Virus record (IMG/VR): IMGVR_UViG_3300044513_002212
Span: 1-63,349 of that record
DNA: 63,349 bases
Strand: one strand, 5' to 3'
From: a virus
Lineage: Duplodnaviria; Caudoviricetes
The notes beneath the pieces were generated by a model. The model saw nothing but the letters and a program-made list of their open reading frames with translations. It was not told the DNA's origin and searched no databases. Shown piece after piece: positions 35,093-45,129 of this stretch (position 1 is the stretch's first letter; each line of letters starts with the position of its first letter). A program made the translations under genes and the position numbers.

Positions 35093-35398
35093 CTCCAGAA
35101 GAACGGGACCAGTTTTATAGGGAATTGTACGAAAAAACCGAAGAGTTGCGAATAAGGACATTATTTGAAGAACCTTGTCCTTTGTATGAGGACGATGATG
35201 AGCTACACTGAGTGGATGGAGTTTATTTCCTTCGTAGAGACTATTTTGTGGCTTTTTGTTGCTTGGTTTAGTGGAGTATGTCTTGGGTATCTAATTGGAT
35301 TTAAAAACGGGAGCGGATCATGAATAGCCTATTATTGTATACTATTATCATTTTTGGTATAATTGGATTATTTGTCATTTGGGGATTAACAAATGCAT

Positions 35399-35842
35399 AT
35401 GGTTGAGGGCATTGAAAAGATTGGCTCGGAAGTCTTAAGACAAACTGCAAATGTCGTAGAAACGATAGATGCAAGTATAAGTAACGAGTTATACTTAACG
35501 ATGTCACTCGCCATGTATAAATATGGAGGTATTGGATTAGCAGCTCCTCAAATCGGTGTCAGCAAACGAGTAATCGTCATCGATGATGGTGGAGATGCTT
35601 ATATGATGATCAACCCAAAAATTACTTGGAAAAGTAAAGAACTTTCTAGCTTTGATGAAGCCTGCCTCAGTGTACCAGATGAACACGGGGAGGTTATTCG
35701 ACCAGTTTCTATAAAAGTAAAATTTCAGGATAAAACTGGAAAATATAAACATTGGAAATTGGATGGCCTGAAAGCTCGTGTTGTTCAGCACGAAATCGAC
35801 CATTTAGACGGGATCCTGTTTGTAGATCACTTAGAAAAATGA
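35399..35842 (+). CDS. def: Peptide deformylase
   Basis: GIGLAAPQIG, EACLS, QHEIDHLDG. Confidence 0.93.
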   Translation: MVEGIEKIGSEVLRQTANVVETIDASISNELYLTMSLAMYKYGGIGLAAPQIGVSKRVIVIDDGGDAYMMINPKITWKSKELSSFDEACLSVPDEHGEVIRPVSIKVKFQDKTGKYKHWKLDGLKARVVQHEIDHLDGILFVDHLEK

Positions 35843-36108
35843 GAGCAGAAGCAAAATTTCACATAGAGGAAGCTCAAAAGCAACTCAGAATGGCTCTGAG
35901 GTATGCATCCGAGTTTGACTCGTGTTCGGAATTGACGGAAATGACCAAAGTACTCAATATTTTTGATAAATGGTTAAAACCCGAAAAGTCCAAGAAACCC
36001 AAAAAGCATGAACTTAATAATACTCAGTTCGTTTGGAATAATGAGTATTCTTTTGTACCTGCTTCCCAAAACACTGAAAACGTGTTAACATATGGCAGTA
36101 CTCACTGA
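35839..36108 (+). CDS. Hypothetical protein
   Basis: ATGA overlap with the def stop. Confidence 0.55.
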   Translation: MRAEAKFHIEEAQKQLRMALRYASEFDSCSELTEMTKVLNIFDKWLKPEKSKKPKKHELNNTQFVWNNEYSFVPASQNTENVLTYGSTH

Positions 36109-36385
36109 TTCCATGACTTTATTTTTTGTAATTCTGTCCAATGCGTTAATTTATATTATCGTTAGGGCACAGTTGGCTCGTAAATTCCGAAAAGGTTATA
36201 CGATTTACCTTAAAGATGAAGAGGGTAATCGTCAGACTTTGACGGATACTATTGCTTATCTAATCGAGCAAAATGAAGTCCTGGAGAAGAAAATCATGTA
36301 CCTTGCTGGTGAAATGGAGAGTCAGTGGTTGTCCATCGAAAAGATTAAGATGGTCACTGGTGCAGATAAATTCTGTAATGACTAA
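36092..36385 (+). CDS. Hypothetical membrane-anchored protein
   Basis: N-terminal TM segment, coiled coil. Confidence 0.6.
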   Translation: MAVLTDSMTLFFVILSNALIYIIVRAQLARKFRKGYTIYLKDEEGNRQTLTDTIAYLIEQNEVLEKKIMYLAGEMESQWLSIEKIKMVTGADKFCND

Positions 36386-36417
36386 TCTTTCTATATAATC
36401 TGATCGAAACCAAGCTT

Positions 36418-36597
36418 ATGGAAAATAAACATGAAAAGCGTAGAGACGCCCTTGGTCTTTTCTATGAAAGCGTGCTAAAACCAGATCATGAGTTGAGACA
36501 ATGTGCTCACAACCAAAAATGCTACCATGAATTGATGGAGTGGCGTGAAGAAGTAATTAGGTATCTAGATGAACGACGAAACCAAGAGTTCCACTGA
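36418..36597 (+). CDS. Hypothetical protein (59 aa)
   Basis: MENKHEKRRDALGLFYESVLKPDHELRQCAHNQKC. Confidence 0.6.
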   Translation: MENKHEKRRDALGLFYESVLKPDHELRQCAHNQKCYHELMEWREEVIRYLDERRNQEFH

Positions 36598-36829
36598 ACA
36601 AAAAGATGATTATGAATGGATCGAGTGCAAGTGGGGAGATTTCCGAGTCGAAAAGAGGCGATTTGGAACTTGGACTAGTTTTAGTAAGGAAGGTAAGGAA
36701 CTCATCACAGGACTTACGAGGGAAAGTGTCGTTCAAGGAACACATTTTCACCAAGAAGGTGTCGCTACCAACTGGGCGAACTGCACAACTTCCCAGCAGT
36801 TTGACGGAGTTGTTGGAGGAAAACTCTAA
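36569..36829 (+). CDS. Hypothetical protein
   Basis: ORF ending VVGGKL. Confidence 0.6.
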   Translation: MNDETKSSTEQKDDYEWIECKWGDFRVEKRRFGTWTSFSKEGKELITGLTRESVVQGTHFHQEGVATNWANCTTSQQFDGVVGGKL

Positions 36830-36999
36830 TGGTCTATGAAAACATGAGCGAGTTTGAAAAAGCCCTAAGGGACTTTGGTACTCGTGTTGACGTTATCGTT
36901 GCTATGGAAATGGCTCAAAAACTTGATTCCGAAACGGCATATCAAGAAATTAAGAGACTATATAAAACGTTGAAGAAAATTCACAAACAAGAGTTATGA
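36829..36999 (+). CDS. Hypothetical protein (56 aa)
   Basis: MVYENMSEFEKALRDFGTRVDVIVAME...AYQEIK. Confidence 0.6.
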   Translation: MVYENMSEFEKALRDFGTRVDVIVAMEMAQKLDSETAYQEIKRLYKTLKKIHKQEL

Positions 37000-37646
37000 A
37001 GATTTTTTTGGATACAGCGGATACTGATATTATTCGTAAGTATTTTGCAACTGGACTAATTGATGGGATCACAACTAATCCCACCCTCATCATGAAGAGT
37101 GGCCGTAATCCAGAAGATGTATATCAAGAACTAAAAGAACTTGGTATTAAAGACATTAGTATGGAAGTTGTTGGTTCTGAGAGTGAAATGCTCTCTGAAG
37201 GTCAACGTCTTGCCGAGAAGTTTGGTGATGTTTGCACTGTAAAAGTTCCTTGCACTCGTGAGGGACTTTCTGTGTGTAAATCACTTTCGGACCAAGGCAT
37301 CAAAGTCAACGTCACATTGATCTTCTGCGCTGCACAGGCGGTCTTGGCAGCAAAGGCTGGGGCAACATATGTTTCACCTTTCGTAGGACGCTTGGACGAC
37401 CAGTCAGTCGCAGGCCTGGAGGTTGTGAGGTCTATTTCGGATCTTTACCGCATCCATGGAGTTAAAACTCAGGTTCTTTCAGCATCTATTCGTAGTGTGC
37501 AAAGAGCCATTCGTTCATGGTATAATGGTGCTGAGATTTGTACTATGCCACCAAAGGTGTTTGATGAGATGTATGACCACATCCTCACCGATAAAGGCTT
37601 AGAAATCTTCGACAAAGATTGGGCACAAGTAACGGGAGGAAATTAA
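36996..37646 (+). CDS. talC: Transaldolase (TalC type)
   Basis: IFLDTAD, GITTNPTL, VKVP, NVTLIF, YVSPFVGRLDD. Confidence 0.96.
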   Translation: MKIFLDTADTDIIRKYFATGLIDGITTNPTLIMKSGRNPEDVYQELKELGIKDISMEVVGSESEMLSEGQRLAEKFGDVCTVKVPCTREGLSVCKSLSDQGIKVNVTLIFCAAQAVLAAKAGATYVSPFVGRLDDQSVAGLEVVRSISDLYRIHGVKTQVLSASIRSVQRAIRSWYNGAEICTMPPKVFDEMYDHILTDKGLEIFDKDWAQVTGGN

Positions 37647-37843
37647 TGTTGTCATCATCTGTAGTAAATTCACTACAAGACGCTGAATTGAATTTGAGAA
37701 ATGCTCTTGCTTTTGCTGCAAGAGGTGAACGACCGTTTGTCGCAAAGAGTATTGCATCGATGATATCTGAGATTGATTCTTTGCAACACGCAGATAAAAT
37801 GATCGACAATCTAGACAAATTCATTGAAGAAGCTGATGAGTAA
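37646..37843 (+). CDS. Hypothetical cyanophage protein
   Basis: TAATG coupling; LRNALAFAARGERP. Confidence 0.65.
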   Translation: MLSSSVVNSLQDAELNLRNALAFAARGERPFVAKSIASMISEIDSLQHADKMIDNLDKFIEEADE

Positions 37844-38045
37844 TGAAGATTGGAGATATTCCGACGAAAGAATGATTCTGAGAGCAGAAGCATTTATTGC
37901 ACTAAAGAGACATTTCAATTTGAAAGAAACGAGGCATCTCTATGAATTCTGCCATGATTGGGTATCGCAAGGAAATAAGTCAATCGTTGGGATTGAGTCA
38001 CATTTTAATCGGTACGTCTCCGAAATTGAGGGTAGAACCCTTTGA
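37836..38045 (+). CDS. Hypothetical protein
   Basis: DWRYSDERM..YEFCHDWVSQG. Confidence 0.6.
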   Translation: MSNEDWRYSDERMILRAEAFIALKRHFNLKETRHLYEFCHDWVSQGNKSIVGIESHFNRYVSEIEGRTL

Positions 38046-38195
38046 TATTGTTAGGTATCCCAATGGCTTGGGAACTCCTATAGAAGGAAAAATAATGATA
38101 ATCTTAGATAATTATCTAACGATTCAGATACACCCCGAATCCTCTACAGGCATTATTGTATTCAGAGAGGATTGGGACAAATTAGAGGTAGTCTT

Positions 38196-38429
38196 ATGTT
38201 CACAATTTATGGAAAACCAAAGTGCTCTTTGTGTATAAAACTTAAGATGATCATGGATCTTCTTGGTAATCCATACGAAGAAAAAATCTTGGGAATTGAT
38301 TATACTGAAGAAGAATTCAGAGAAAAATTCCCAGGTAAAAATCTGTTCCCTCAGGTAGAACTTGAGGGCAAGTACATTGGTAACTGTAATCAGACAGTTG
38401 CTTACTTGAAAGAGCATAGGGTTTTTTAG
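38196..38429 (+). CDS. Glutaredoxin (second copy)
   Basis: CSLC, FPQV, YIGNC. Confidence 0.85.
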   Translation: MFTIYGKPKCSLCIKLKMIMDLLGNPYEEKILGIDYTEEEFREKFPGKNLFPQVELEGKYIGNCNQTVAYLKEHRVF

Positions 38430-38617
38430 TGGACTATAAGGATATCCACATAAATAGAGGCGTGGAATTGTTATTACGGGGGGAACCAAAGCCTAAGGAA
38501 CGTTCAAAGACCTGGGAAGTGAGCTTTGGAAAACTGGTTACCCTCTTCAAAAAGGAGTACCATTTCTTTTTCCAAGTATCACTTGACATTCGAGACAAGT
38601 AATTCGGAGGAAGAAAA

Positions 38618-38851
38618 ATGGAAGCTTCTATCATCGCAATTTTCGTAATGATGAGCGTGATGTTTTTGATGATTGGTGGTATAATTGGCTGGTTAGCCCA
38701 ACAGAATAATCTGTTTGTAACTTCCCAAACAATGCCATCCCTCCATCCTGAAATGTATGATGAGAATGGTAATATTCTACCTGATGAAATTCTAGCTGTA
38801 AGATTTGAGAATGAGTATGACGACTACGAAGAAAACGACGACGCGAGCTAA
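38618..38851 (+). CDS. Hypothetical membrane protein
   Basis: TM segment, HPEMYDENG; GGAGG RBS. Confidence 0.7.
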   Translation: MEASIIAIFVMMSVMFLMIGGIIGWLAQQNNLFVTSQTMPSLHPEMYDENGNILPDEILAVRFENEYDDYEENDDAS

Positions 38852-39374
38852 AACCACCACTACTCGCAAGACAACGACCAAACCCAAATCCGTGGCAGTT
38901 AAAAAGGTGGAACTGCCACCCAACCCTCTGGTGCATGAGATCCTTGATGCTGTTGATGCTGAAAGGACCAAAGCACAAAAGATTTCTATTCTTCAACAAC
39001 ACGGTGACAACGCTCTGAAGTCCCTCTTCATTTGGAACTTTGATGAGACAGTTATTTCCATGTTGCCTCCTGGGGAGGTTCCTTTCCAACCCCTAGATGG
39101 TGATCAAGGAGCAAGTCCAGAACGGGGTGTTCCTCAACGGACTACGATTCGTAGTCGTGCTGACATTTTCTTTAATTTTGTGAAGGGTGGTAATGATGCC
39201 CTGAACAAAATCAAACGTGAAAGTATGTTTATTAATCTTCTTGAGACACTTCATCTCAAAGAAGCACAGATCCTTATCCTTGTTAAGGACAAAGCTCTGG
39301 GTACTAAGTATAAAGTTACTAAGGAATTAGTTTCTGAAGCTTATCCAGATATTCGCTGGGGAGGTCGTTCCTGA
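38817..39374 (+). CDS. Conserved T4-like cyanophage hypothetical protein
   Basis: LPPGEVPF, KRESMFINLLE.LH..EA. Confidence 0.75.
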   Translation: MTTTKKTTTRAKTTTTRKTTTKPKSVAVKKVELPPNPLVHEILDAVDAERTKAQKISILQQHGDNALKSLFIWNFDETVISMLPPGEVPFQPLDGDQGASPERGVPQRTTIRSRADIFFNFVKGGNDALNKIKRESMFINLLETLHLKEAQILILVKDKALGTKYKVTKELVSEAYPDIRWGGRS

Positions 39375-39640
39375 TGGGGAAGGGTGTAAGGATTATTCAC
39401 CAAGATTGCGATGCTAGTCTTGGCGATGATCGATCTCTACCATATACAGCATATCTGGTGGAATACCGTCAAGATGGTATAACTAAATTTGATGTTGTGG
39501 TAGCACCGAAAAGGGTTGACATTTTTGATTATTATTGGGATCTTTATCGTCATGATCTAATCAATATGACACAGACAGAGGGTAGAGTTAATCCTAAACT
39601 CTGGGGATCCAATCAAAAAGATAAGACGAAGAAAAAATGA
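39374..39640 (+). CDS. Hypothetical cyanophage protein
   Basis: LPYTAYLV..DIFDYYWD..NPKLW. Confidence 0.7.
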   Translation: MGKGVRIIHQDCDASLGDDRSLPYTAYLVEYRQDGITKFDVVVAPKRVDIFDYYWDLYRHDLINMTQTEGRVNPKLWGSNQKDKTKKK

Positions 39641-39921
39641 GTGAAGCTAAAGTTGATGTTAATGCTGAAGAGTTTGGTAAAGTACTGAAAAGGTACAAAA
39701 AACTCAAGAAGTATATGAAATCTAACATCTTTGAGATTCATCGAGTAAATGGATCTGAGAGTGTTATTTCTAACCTTACCAAAGATTATATGGATTTAGA
39801 TAATGAAAACTTCGGACTACAACAAACTGATTCCTACGAAGGTCAAAACAACTCCACAATTGGTGGAGGAAGCGAATCAAGCTTTATTCCGAGTGAAGAT
39901 GAATCTTCCTCAAGCAGCTAA
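39637..39921 (+). CDS. Hypothetical protein
   Basis: ATGA overlap. Confidence 0.55.
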   Translation: MSEAKVDVNAEEFGKVLKRYKKLKKYMKSNIFEIHRVNGSESVISNLTKDYMDLDNENFGLQQTDSYEGQNNSTIGGGSESSFIPSEDESSSSS

Positions 39922-40012
39922 CCACTGTGGAATGACCGAGAAAGAAATGAAAATGACTTTCTGGGAGTTTCTAAAATACCATCCTGCTGATTATGAGGCA
40001 CCAAGTAATTGA
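39803..40012 (+). CDS. Hypothetical protein (HTH-like)
   Basis: MNLPQAANHCGMTEKEMK. Confidence 0.55.
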   Translation: MKTSDYNKLIPTKVKTTPQLVEEANQALFRVKMNLPQAANHCGMTEKEMKMTFWEFLKYHPADYEAPSN

Positions 40013-40469
40013 TAATTTTCTTCCTGTGGATCAATTCAAGGATCTGCAGGATTTTATGTTAGGTAGAGAGATCCAATGGACTTTCTTGGATGGTGTTGCT
40101 ATGCCTGGAGATGGGTATTACCAGTTCACCAAAATTTTTTACAATCATTTTCAACCTTATCAAAACTTTGAAAGACTTGGTTCTATCATTCAATCGATAA
40201 ATCCAGTTTCCATAGTGCGAATAAAAGCAAATATGCATATTCGTACTCCAGAAGTTATACAACATCCTTTTCATACTGACGTTGACGATTGCAACACCGC
40301 CATATATTATGTAAATAGTAATAACGGTAAAACTATTTTTGAAAATGGATTGGAAGTCGAAAGCGTTGAAAACCGTTTGTTAGTTTTCGATTCAAACGAA
40401 AAGCACACAGGAACTACATGCACAGATAGTCTTCGTAGGTGTGTTATAAATTTCAATTATCACCTCTAA
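39993..40469 (+). CDS. 2OG-Fe(II) oxygenase-like protein
   Basis: VIDNFL, FHTD, TAIYYVN, NRLLVFD..H, RCVINFNY. Confidence 0.78.
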   Translation: MRHQVIDNFLPVDQFKDLQDFMLGREIQWTFLDGVAMPGDGYYQFTKIFYNHFQPYQNFERLGSIIQSINPVSIVRIKANMHIRTPEVIQHPFHTDVDDCNTAIYYVNSNNGKTIFENGLEVESVENRLLVFDSNEKHTGTTCTDSLRRCVINFNYHL

Positions 40470-40481
40470 TATGGTATAATT

Positions 40482-40646
40482 ATGGAGAAAGAAAAACTCA
40501 AACTGATTGTAAGAAATCTAGAGCTTCTGGTAGAGGCTTTAAAATCTGAAGTTTATTCGGACACTAAATCTTATCTTCCCAAAGATAAGGAAAACAAATT
40601 TGGTTTCTACGAAGGTAGAGACGATGACGATGGTTATCCTGATTGA
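40482..40646 (+). CDS. Hypothetical protein (54 aa)
   Basis: MEKEKLKLIVRNLELLVEALKSEVYSD...DDDDGYPD. Confidence 0.6.
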   Translation: MEKEKLKLIVRNLELLVEALKSEVYSDTKSYLPKDKENKFGFYEGRDDDDGYPD

Positions 40647-40649
40647 TCT

Positions 40650-41285
40650 ATGACAGTTAAACTTGTAAGCGTCACACCTGACGCAGAACAGACCATGGCA
40701 TATATTGCTCGTGTGTCTAATCCCGCTAATCAAGATAATGATAATTACGCAGGATTGCTACGATATTGCATCAAACACAATCACTGGAGTGTGTTTGAAC
40801 AATCTACCATGACCTTGGAGATTGAAACTACCCGTGCAATAGCGGCTCAAATTTTGCGGCACCGTTCGTTCACATATCAAGAGTTTTCGCAACGGTATGC
40901 AGATTCTTCTATTCTAGGATCCACCATCCCTCTACCAGAACTGCGCCGGCAAGATAATAAGAATCGTCAGAACTCTATTGACGACCTAGATCCTTTTGAA
41001 GTTCAACTCCTAGAGAAACAGATGCAAACTCTGTTTGACTCTTCTATGTCTCTGTATAAACAGATGTTGGAACGTGGTGTTGCAAAGGAATGTGCTCGCA
41101 TGGTGCTTCCTCTCTGCACGCCAACCAGAATCTATATGACAGGCTCATGCCGTTCATGGATTCACTACATCAATCTGCGTTCTGCAAATGGGACTCAGAA
41201 GGAACACATGGATATTGCAGAGTCTTGTAAGAAAGTTTTTATCGAACAATTCCCGACTGTATCCGAAGCATTGGAGTGGGTCTAA
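40650..41285 (+). CDS. thyX: Flavin-dependent thymidylate synthase
   Basis: HWSVFE, QILRHRSFTYQEFSQRY, KECARMVLP. Confidence 0.96.
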   Translation: MTVKLVSVTPDAEQTMAYIARVSNPANQDNDNYAGLLRYCIKHNHWSVFEQSTMTLEIETTRAIAAQILRHRSFTYQEFSQRYADSSILGSTIPLPELRRQDNKNRQNSIDDLDPFEVQLLEKQMQTLFDSSMSLYKQMLERGVAKECARMVLPLCTPTRIYMTGSCRSWIHYINLRSANGTQKEHMDIAESCKKVFIEQFPTVSEALEWV

Positions 41286-41530
41286 TGGCAACATATCCTG
41301 TTAAGAACAAAGAAACTGGTGAAACCAAAGAAGTTATCATGAGTATTCACGACTGGGATCAGTGGCGTGAAGACAACCCTGAATGGGAAAGATACTACAC
41401 TCCAGATAATGCTCCAAGCTTTGGTGAGGTTGGTGAGTGGAAAGACAAACTACATAACCGTAACCCAGGATGGAAAGAAGTCCTGAAAAAGGCTGAAAAA
41501 GCTGGTGCAAACCGTCAAAAACTGATGTAA
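41285..41530 (+). CDS. Conserved T4-like hypothetical protein (FmdB-like start)
   Basis: MATYPVKNKETGE...GWKEVL. Confidence 0.7.
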   Translation: MATYPVKNKETGETKEVIMSIHDWDQWREDNPEWERYYTPDNAPSFGEVGEWKDKLHNRNPGWKEVLKKAEKAGANRQKLM

Positions 41531-41535
41531 GAATT

Positions 41536-42294
41536 ATGGCAAGAAGGAAGAGGCAACAAGAAGATCCCATCGGAGTGGGAATGACGGCGAAACAAATGCG
41601 TCGGAAGAAACCAATCAATAGTGAGATGTTGGTTGATATTGAACCACTCACTGAGAACCAGGAGAGACTCTTTAAGGACTATGATGAAGGTAAAAATATC
41701 TTCGCATATGGTGCTGCTGGCACTGGTAAGACCTTTATCAGTCTCTATAAAGCACTCTGTGATGTTCTGGATGAGAACACTCCATACGAGAAACTCTACA
41801 TTGTTCGTTCTCTTGTCTCTACCAGAGAAATTGGATTCCTCCCTGGAGACCACGATGACAAAGCTGCTTTGTATCAGATCCCATATAAGAACATGGTCAA
41901 GTACATGTTCGAGATGCCTACTGATGCAGACTTTGAAATGCTCTATGGTAACTTGAAGACTCAGGAGACTATTTCTTTCTGGAGTACCTCTTTTATCCGT
42001 GGCACCACGATGGATAATTGCATCGTCCTTGTGGATGAAATGCAAAACTTGAATTTCCATGAACTTGATAGTATAATTACCAGAGTTGGTGATAACTGCA
42101 AAATTATCTTTTGCGGTGATTCTACACAAACTGACCTTACCAAGTCGTATGAAAAGAACGGTATTCTTGACTTCAAGCGTATCGTTGAAATTATGAAAGA
42201 TGATTTTGGTGTAATCGAATTTGGTATCGATGATATCGTGAGATCTGGGTTAGTTAGAAACTACTTGGTTACAAAACTTGCCCTTGCTTTATGA
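41536..42294 (+). CDS. phoH: PhoH-like ATPase
   Basis: GAAGTGKT, IGFLPG, FIRG, DEMQN, CGD..Q.DL, IVRSGLV. Confidence 0.94.
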   Translation: MARRKRQQEDPIGVGMTAKQMRRKKPINSEMLVDIEPLTENQERLFKDYDEGKNIFAYGAAGTGKTFISLYKALCDVLDENTPYEKLYIVRSLVSTREIGFLPGDHDDKAALYQIPYKNMVKYMFEMPTDADFEMLYGNLKTQETISFWSTSFIRGTTMDNCIVLVDEMQNLNFHELDSIITRVGDNCKIIFCGDSTQTDLTKSYEKNGILDFKRIVEIMKDDFGVIEFGIDDIVRSGLVRNYLVTKLALAL

Positions 42295-42974
42295 CGTTTG
42301 TTCATCTCAATAAACTAGCAGATTTCGAACTCGATGCTAAACTTATAGATGGTGTTAGGTATTACGATGTAAATGGTAAACCTTTCCCATCTATCACTTC
42401 GGTGACTAGTTTCTATAATCGTCAGGTCTTTATTGACTGGCGTAAAAAAGTTGGTGAAGAGGAAGCCAATAAGATCACCACTGTTGCTACAAGAAGAGGA
42501 ACAGATTTTCACGAAGTCTGTGAAAAGTATTTGTTAAACGAAGATATTCAATCTATGGATATTCTTCCAACCACAAAGGCACTGTTCCTTTCCGCCAAGT
42601 CTTCTATTGACAATATAAATAATATACATGCTTTAGAGAAACCCTTATACAGCGAATATTTTGGTATCGCTGGAAGGGTAGACTGCATTGCGGAGTATAA
42701 TGGTGAACTTGCCATTATCGACTTTAAGACTTCGAAGAAGATAAAACCAGAAAAGTGGATCCAACAATACTTTGTTCAGGAGACCGCTTATGCCTGTATG
42801 TACTATGAAATGACAGGTATTGCTGTTAAGAAACTGGTGACCATCATGGCCGCCGAAAATGGAGAATGCCACGTTTATGAGAAAACAAACAAAAGTGACT
42901 ATATTAAACTTCTTACCAAGTACATCAAAGAATTCGTCACACACAAACTTGGAGAGTATGGAGAAAGACGTTAA
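42291..42974 (+). CDS. PD-(D/E)XK exonuclease
   Basis: PSITSV, RGTDFH, AGRVDCIAE, IIDFKTS, QETAYA. Confidence 0.88.
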   Translation: MTFVHLNKLADFELDAKLIDGVRYYDVNGKPFPSITSVTSFYNRQVFIDWRKKVGEEEANKITTVATRRGTDFHEVCEKYLLNEDIQSMDILPTTKALFLSAKSSIDNINNIHALEKPLYSEYFGIAGRVDCIAEYNGELAIIDFKTSKKIKPEKWIQQYFVQETAYACMYYEMTGIAVKKLVTIMAAENGECHVYEKTNKSDYIKLLTKYIKEFVTHKLGEYGERR

Positions 42975-43212
42975 CGACCTACTCAGAGAAAAGTTTTTAT
43001 GCCAAAATAGATTCACTCAAGACATTGAGAATCTTGTTCGTAATTCAGACTTAAATTATATCGAAGCAATTATTGGATATTGCGAAGAGAATAATATTGA
43101 GTTTGAATCGGTTGGTAAATTAATTTCTAAACCTCTGAAAGAAAAACTCAAAGTTGAGGCAATGGAACTCAACTACCTCAAAAAAACTACCCGATCTCGT
43201 TTGCCGCTGTGA
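42958..43212 (+). CDS. gp33: Late promoter transcription coactivator gp33
   Basis: YIEAI..YCEEN.IE.E..KLISKPLKEKL..EA..LNYL; T4 synteny. Confidence 0.85.
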   Translation: MEKDVNDLLREKFLCQNRFTQDIENLVRNSDLNYIEAIIGYCEENNIEFESVGKLISKPLKEKLKVEAMELNYLKKTTRSRLPL

Positions 43213-43802
43213 TGTCACCTCTTGAAGTCTATCAAACTTACTTAGCCTTCAAGAATCATTTCACTAAGGACAACTACGACTATTTCAGGTATTGCGGTAA
43301 AACCAAAGCATCTAAGGCTTCTTTTAATAAAAGAAAGGATAGATATTTCTTTGAAAGAATGTCTAGAAAGAAGTCTGATGATGAGATTCAAAGATTTTTT
43401 CTAGCAAACTTCAGTCAATGTCAGGATCCCCAAAGGTTGTGGATCGGTGAGATCATTGACACTGGAGATGCCGTTTATACTGAATGGTTGAAGAAAATTC
43501 AAAGTCTAAAATATTTGTTTAAGACTGAGGCAGAGGTCTTTATCAATAAAAAAAACTTTGATAAAATGTTCTCAGTCTCTGGAGGATCACACTCAGATGT
43601 TCTCAAAAAACATTTGAAAGGTGCTATCTCTCTGGAGACTCTTGTTCTTCTTGATATGATTCTTGGATTCTCAAAACGCCACGACAAACAACTGTTTGAT
43701 CCAGTGTGGGAAACCGTAAGTTTTAAAATGAAGAAGTACAAACCATTCCTAAATATCGATATCAAGGATTACAAAGAAGCTTTAAGGGAGATTGTTTTGT
43801 GA
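43209..43802 (+). CDS. gp59: Helicase loader gp59
   Basis: YLAFKNHF..YDYF.Y..F.KRKDRYFF; synteny. Confidence 0.85.
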   Translation: MMSPLEVYQTYLAFKNHFTKDNYDYFRYCGKTKASKASFNKRKDRYFFERMSRKKSDDEIQRFFLANFSQCQDPQRLWIGEIIDTGDAVYTEWLKKIQSLKYLFKTEAEVFINKKNFDKMFSVSGGSHSDVLKKHLKGAISLETLVLLDMILGFSKRHDKQLFDPVWETVSFKMKKYKPFLNIDIKDYKEALREIVL

Positions 43803-44143
43803 GTGATTTTTTCCATTCGCCTATAGTACGTGAAGCTCTACAAGAGATTCAGGATCTACAGGAGAAATTGATGACAGATGTGATGTCTGGCATGATGATT
43901 AGTCAAGGACCTGAAAAACAACAGGAACAGATTGATGTTATGCGGTCACTGATTGAAAAGCAGAAGAACTTTATCTTCAGACTTAATCTCACAGATGATC
44001 CCAAAGCAATTGAAATGAAAGAACAGATTATGGAATCTGCTCAAATGCTTGGTATGAAAGAGGATGAAAACATCAATGACTTCTTTGAAAAACTTGGTGA
44101 AACCCTAGACCGACTAGAACAAAGTATTGACAGGGAACCCTGA
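43799..44143 (+). CDS. DUF1825-like protein
   Basis: FF.S.IV...LIEKQK.F..RL.L.DDP.A. Confidence 0.65.
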   Translation: MSDFFHSPIVREALQEIQDLQEKLMTDVMSGMMISQGPEKQQEQIDVMRSLIEKQKNFIFRLNLTDDPKAIEMKEQIMESAQMLGMKEDENINDFFEKLGETLDRLEQSIDREP

Positions 44144-44155
44144 ACGGTCTATAAT
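44128..44155 (+). promoter_or_regulatory. sigma70-like promoter of gp32
   Basis: TTGACA...TATAAT upstream of gp32. Confidence 0.7.
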
Positions 44156-44203
44156 CAATACGTCCAAAACACACAACACACAAAACTAATACGGAGAATA
44201 CAA

Positions 44204-45127
44204 ATGTCTTTTGCCGATCTTAAAAAACAGTCCCGCGCTGGTTCTCTCACCGAGAAACTGATGAAGAAGGTGGAGAAACTGAACGAAAAAGGCGGTGGGT
44301 CTAGTGATGATCGCCTCTGGAAACCTGCTGTGGACAAGGCAGGTAACGGTTATGCCGTTATTCGTTTCCTTCCTGCACACGCCAACTGCGAACTACCCTG
44401 GACTCAAGTCTGGAGTCACGCCTTCCAAGGTCCTGGTGGTTGGTACATCGAGAACTCTCTGACCACTATTGGTAAGGATGATCCCGTTGGCGAACTGAAC
44501 CGCAGTCTGTGGAACAGTGGAAACGATTCTGATAAAGAAGTCGCACGTAAGCAGAAACGTAAACTGTCTTACTACGCAAATATCTATGTTGTGAAGGACT
44601 CTGCCAATCCTGAGAACGAAGGTCGTGTCGCTCTCTACAAGTTTGGTAAGAAGATCTTTGACAAGATCACTGCAGCAATGCAACCTGAGTTTGATGATGA
44701 AGATCCCATCAATCCTTTTGATTTCTGGAAAGGTGCTAACTTCAAACTGAAGATCAAGAATGTTGCAGGTTACTGGAACTACGATAGTTCCGAATTCGCA
44801 CGTCCTACTCCTCTGTCGGAGGATGACGATGAGATGGAACAGATCTACAACAAGATCTATGATCTGAGTGAGTTCACTGCTCCCGATCAATTCAAGTCTT
44901 ACGATGATCTGAAGAAGCGACTGGACGCAGTTCTGGGAGCCAAACAGCAACTCCGTAAGCCTGAACCTGAACTGGATGATGAGGATTCCGATCGTGGGTC
45001 TGTTGATGATGAACTGACCCGTCTTGCATCTGCAGCATCTTCTAAGGCACCTGTGGTAGAAGAAACCACAACCGACGAAGATGAAGATGATGCACTTTCA
45101 TACTTCCAAAAACTCGCTGAGGAATGA
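44204..45127 (+). CDS. gp32: Single-stranded DNA-binding protein gp32
   Basis: DKAGNGYAVIRFLP, GWYIENSLTT, KFGKKIFDKI, acidic tail. Confidence 0.96.
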   Translation: MSFADLKKQSRAGSLTEKLMKKVEKLNEKGGGSSDDRLWKPAVDKAGNGYAVIRFLPAHANCELPWTQVWSHAFQGPGGWYIENSLTTIGKDDPVGELNRSLWNSGNDSDKEVARKQKRKLSYYANIYVVKDSANPENEGRVALYKFGKKIFDKITAAMQPEFDDEDPINPFDFWKGANFKLKIKNVAGYWNYDSSEFARPTPLSEDDDEMEQIYNKIYDLSEFTAPDQFKSYDDLKKRLDAVLGAKQQLRKPEPELDDEDSDRGSVDDELTRLASAASSKAPVVEETTTDEDEDDALSYFQKLAEE

Positions 45128-45129
45128 AT

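Noticed and set aside
42291-42974. Cas4-like nuclease as evidence of a CRISPR system
   Set aside because: It is the core T4-like cyanophage exonuclease in its usual phoH-gp33 context, with no cas genes or array.
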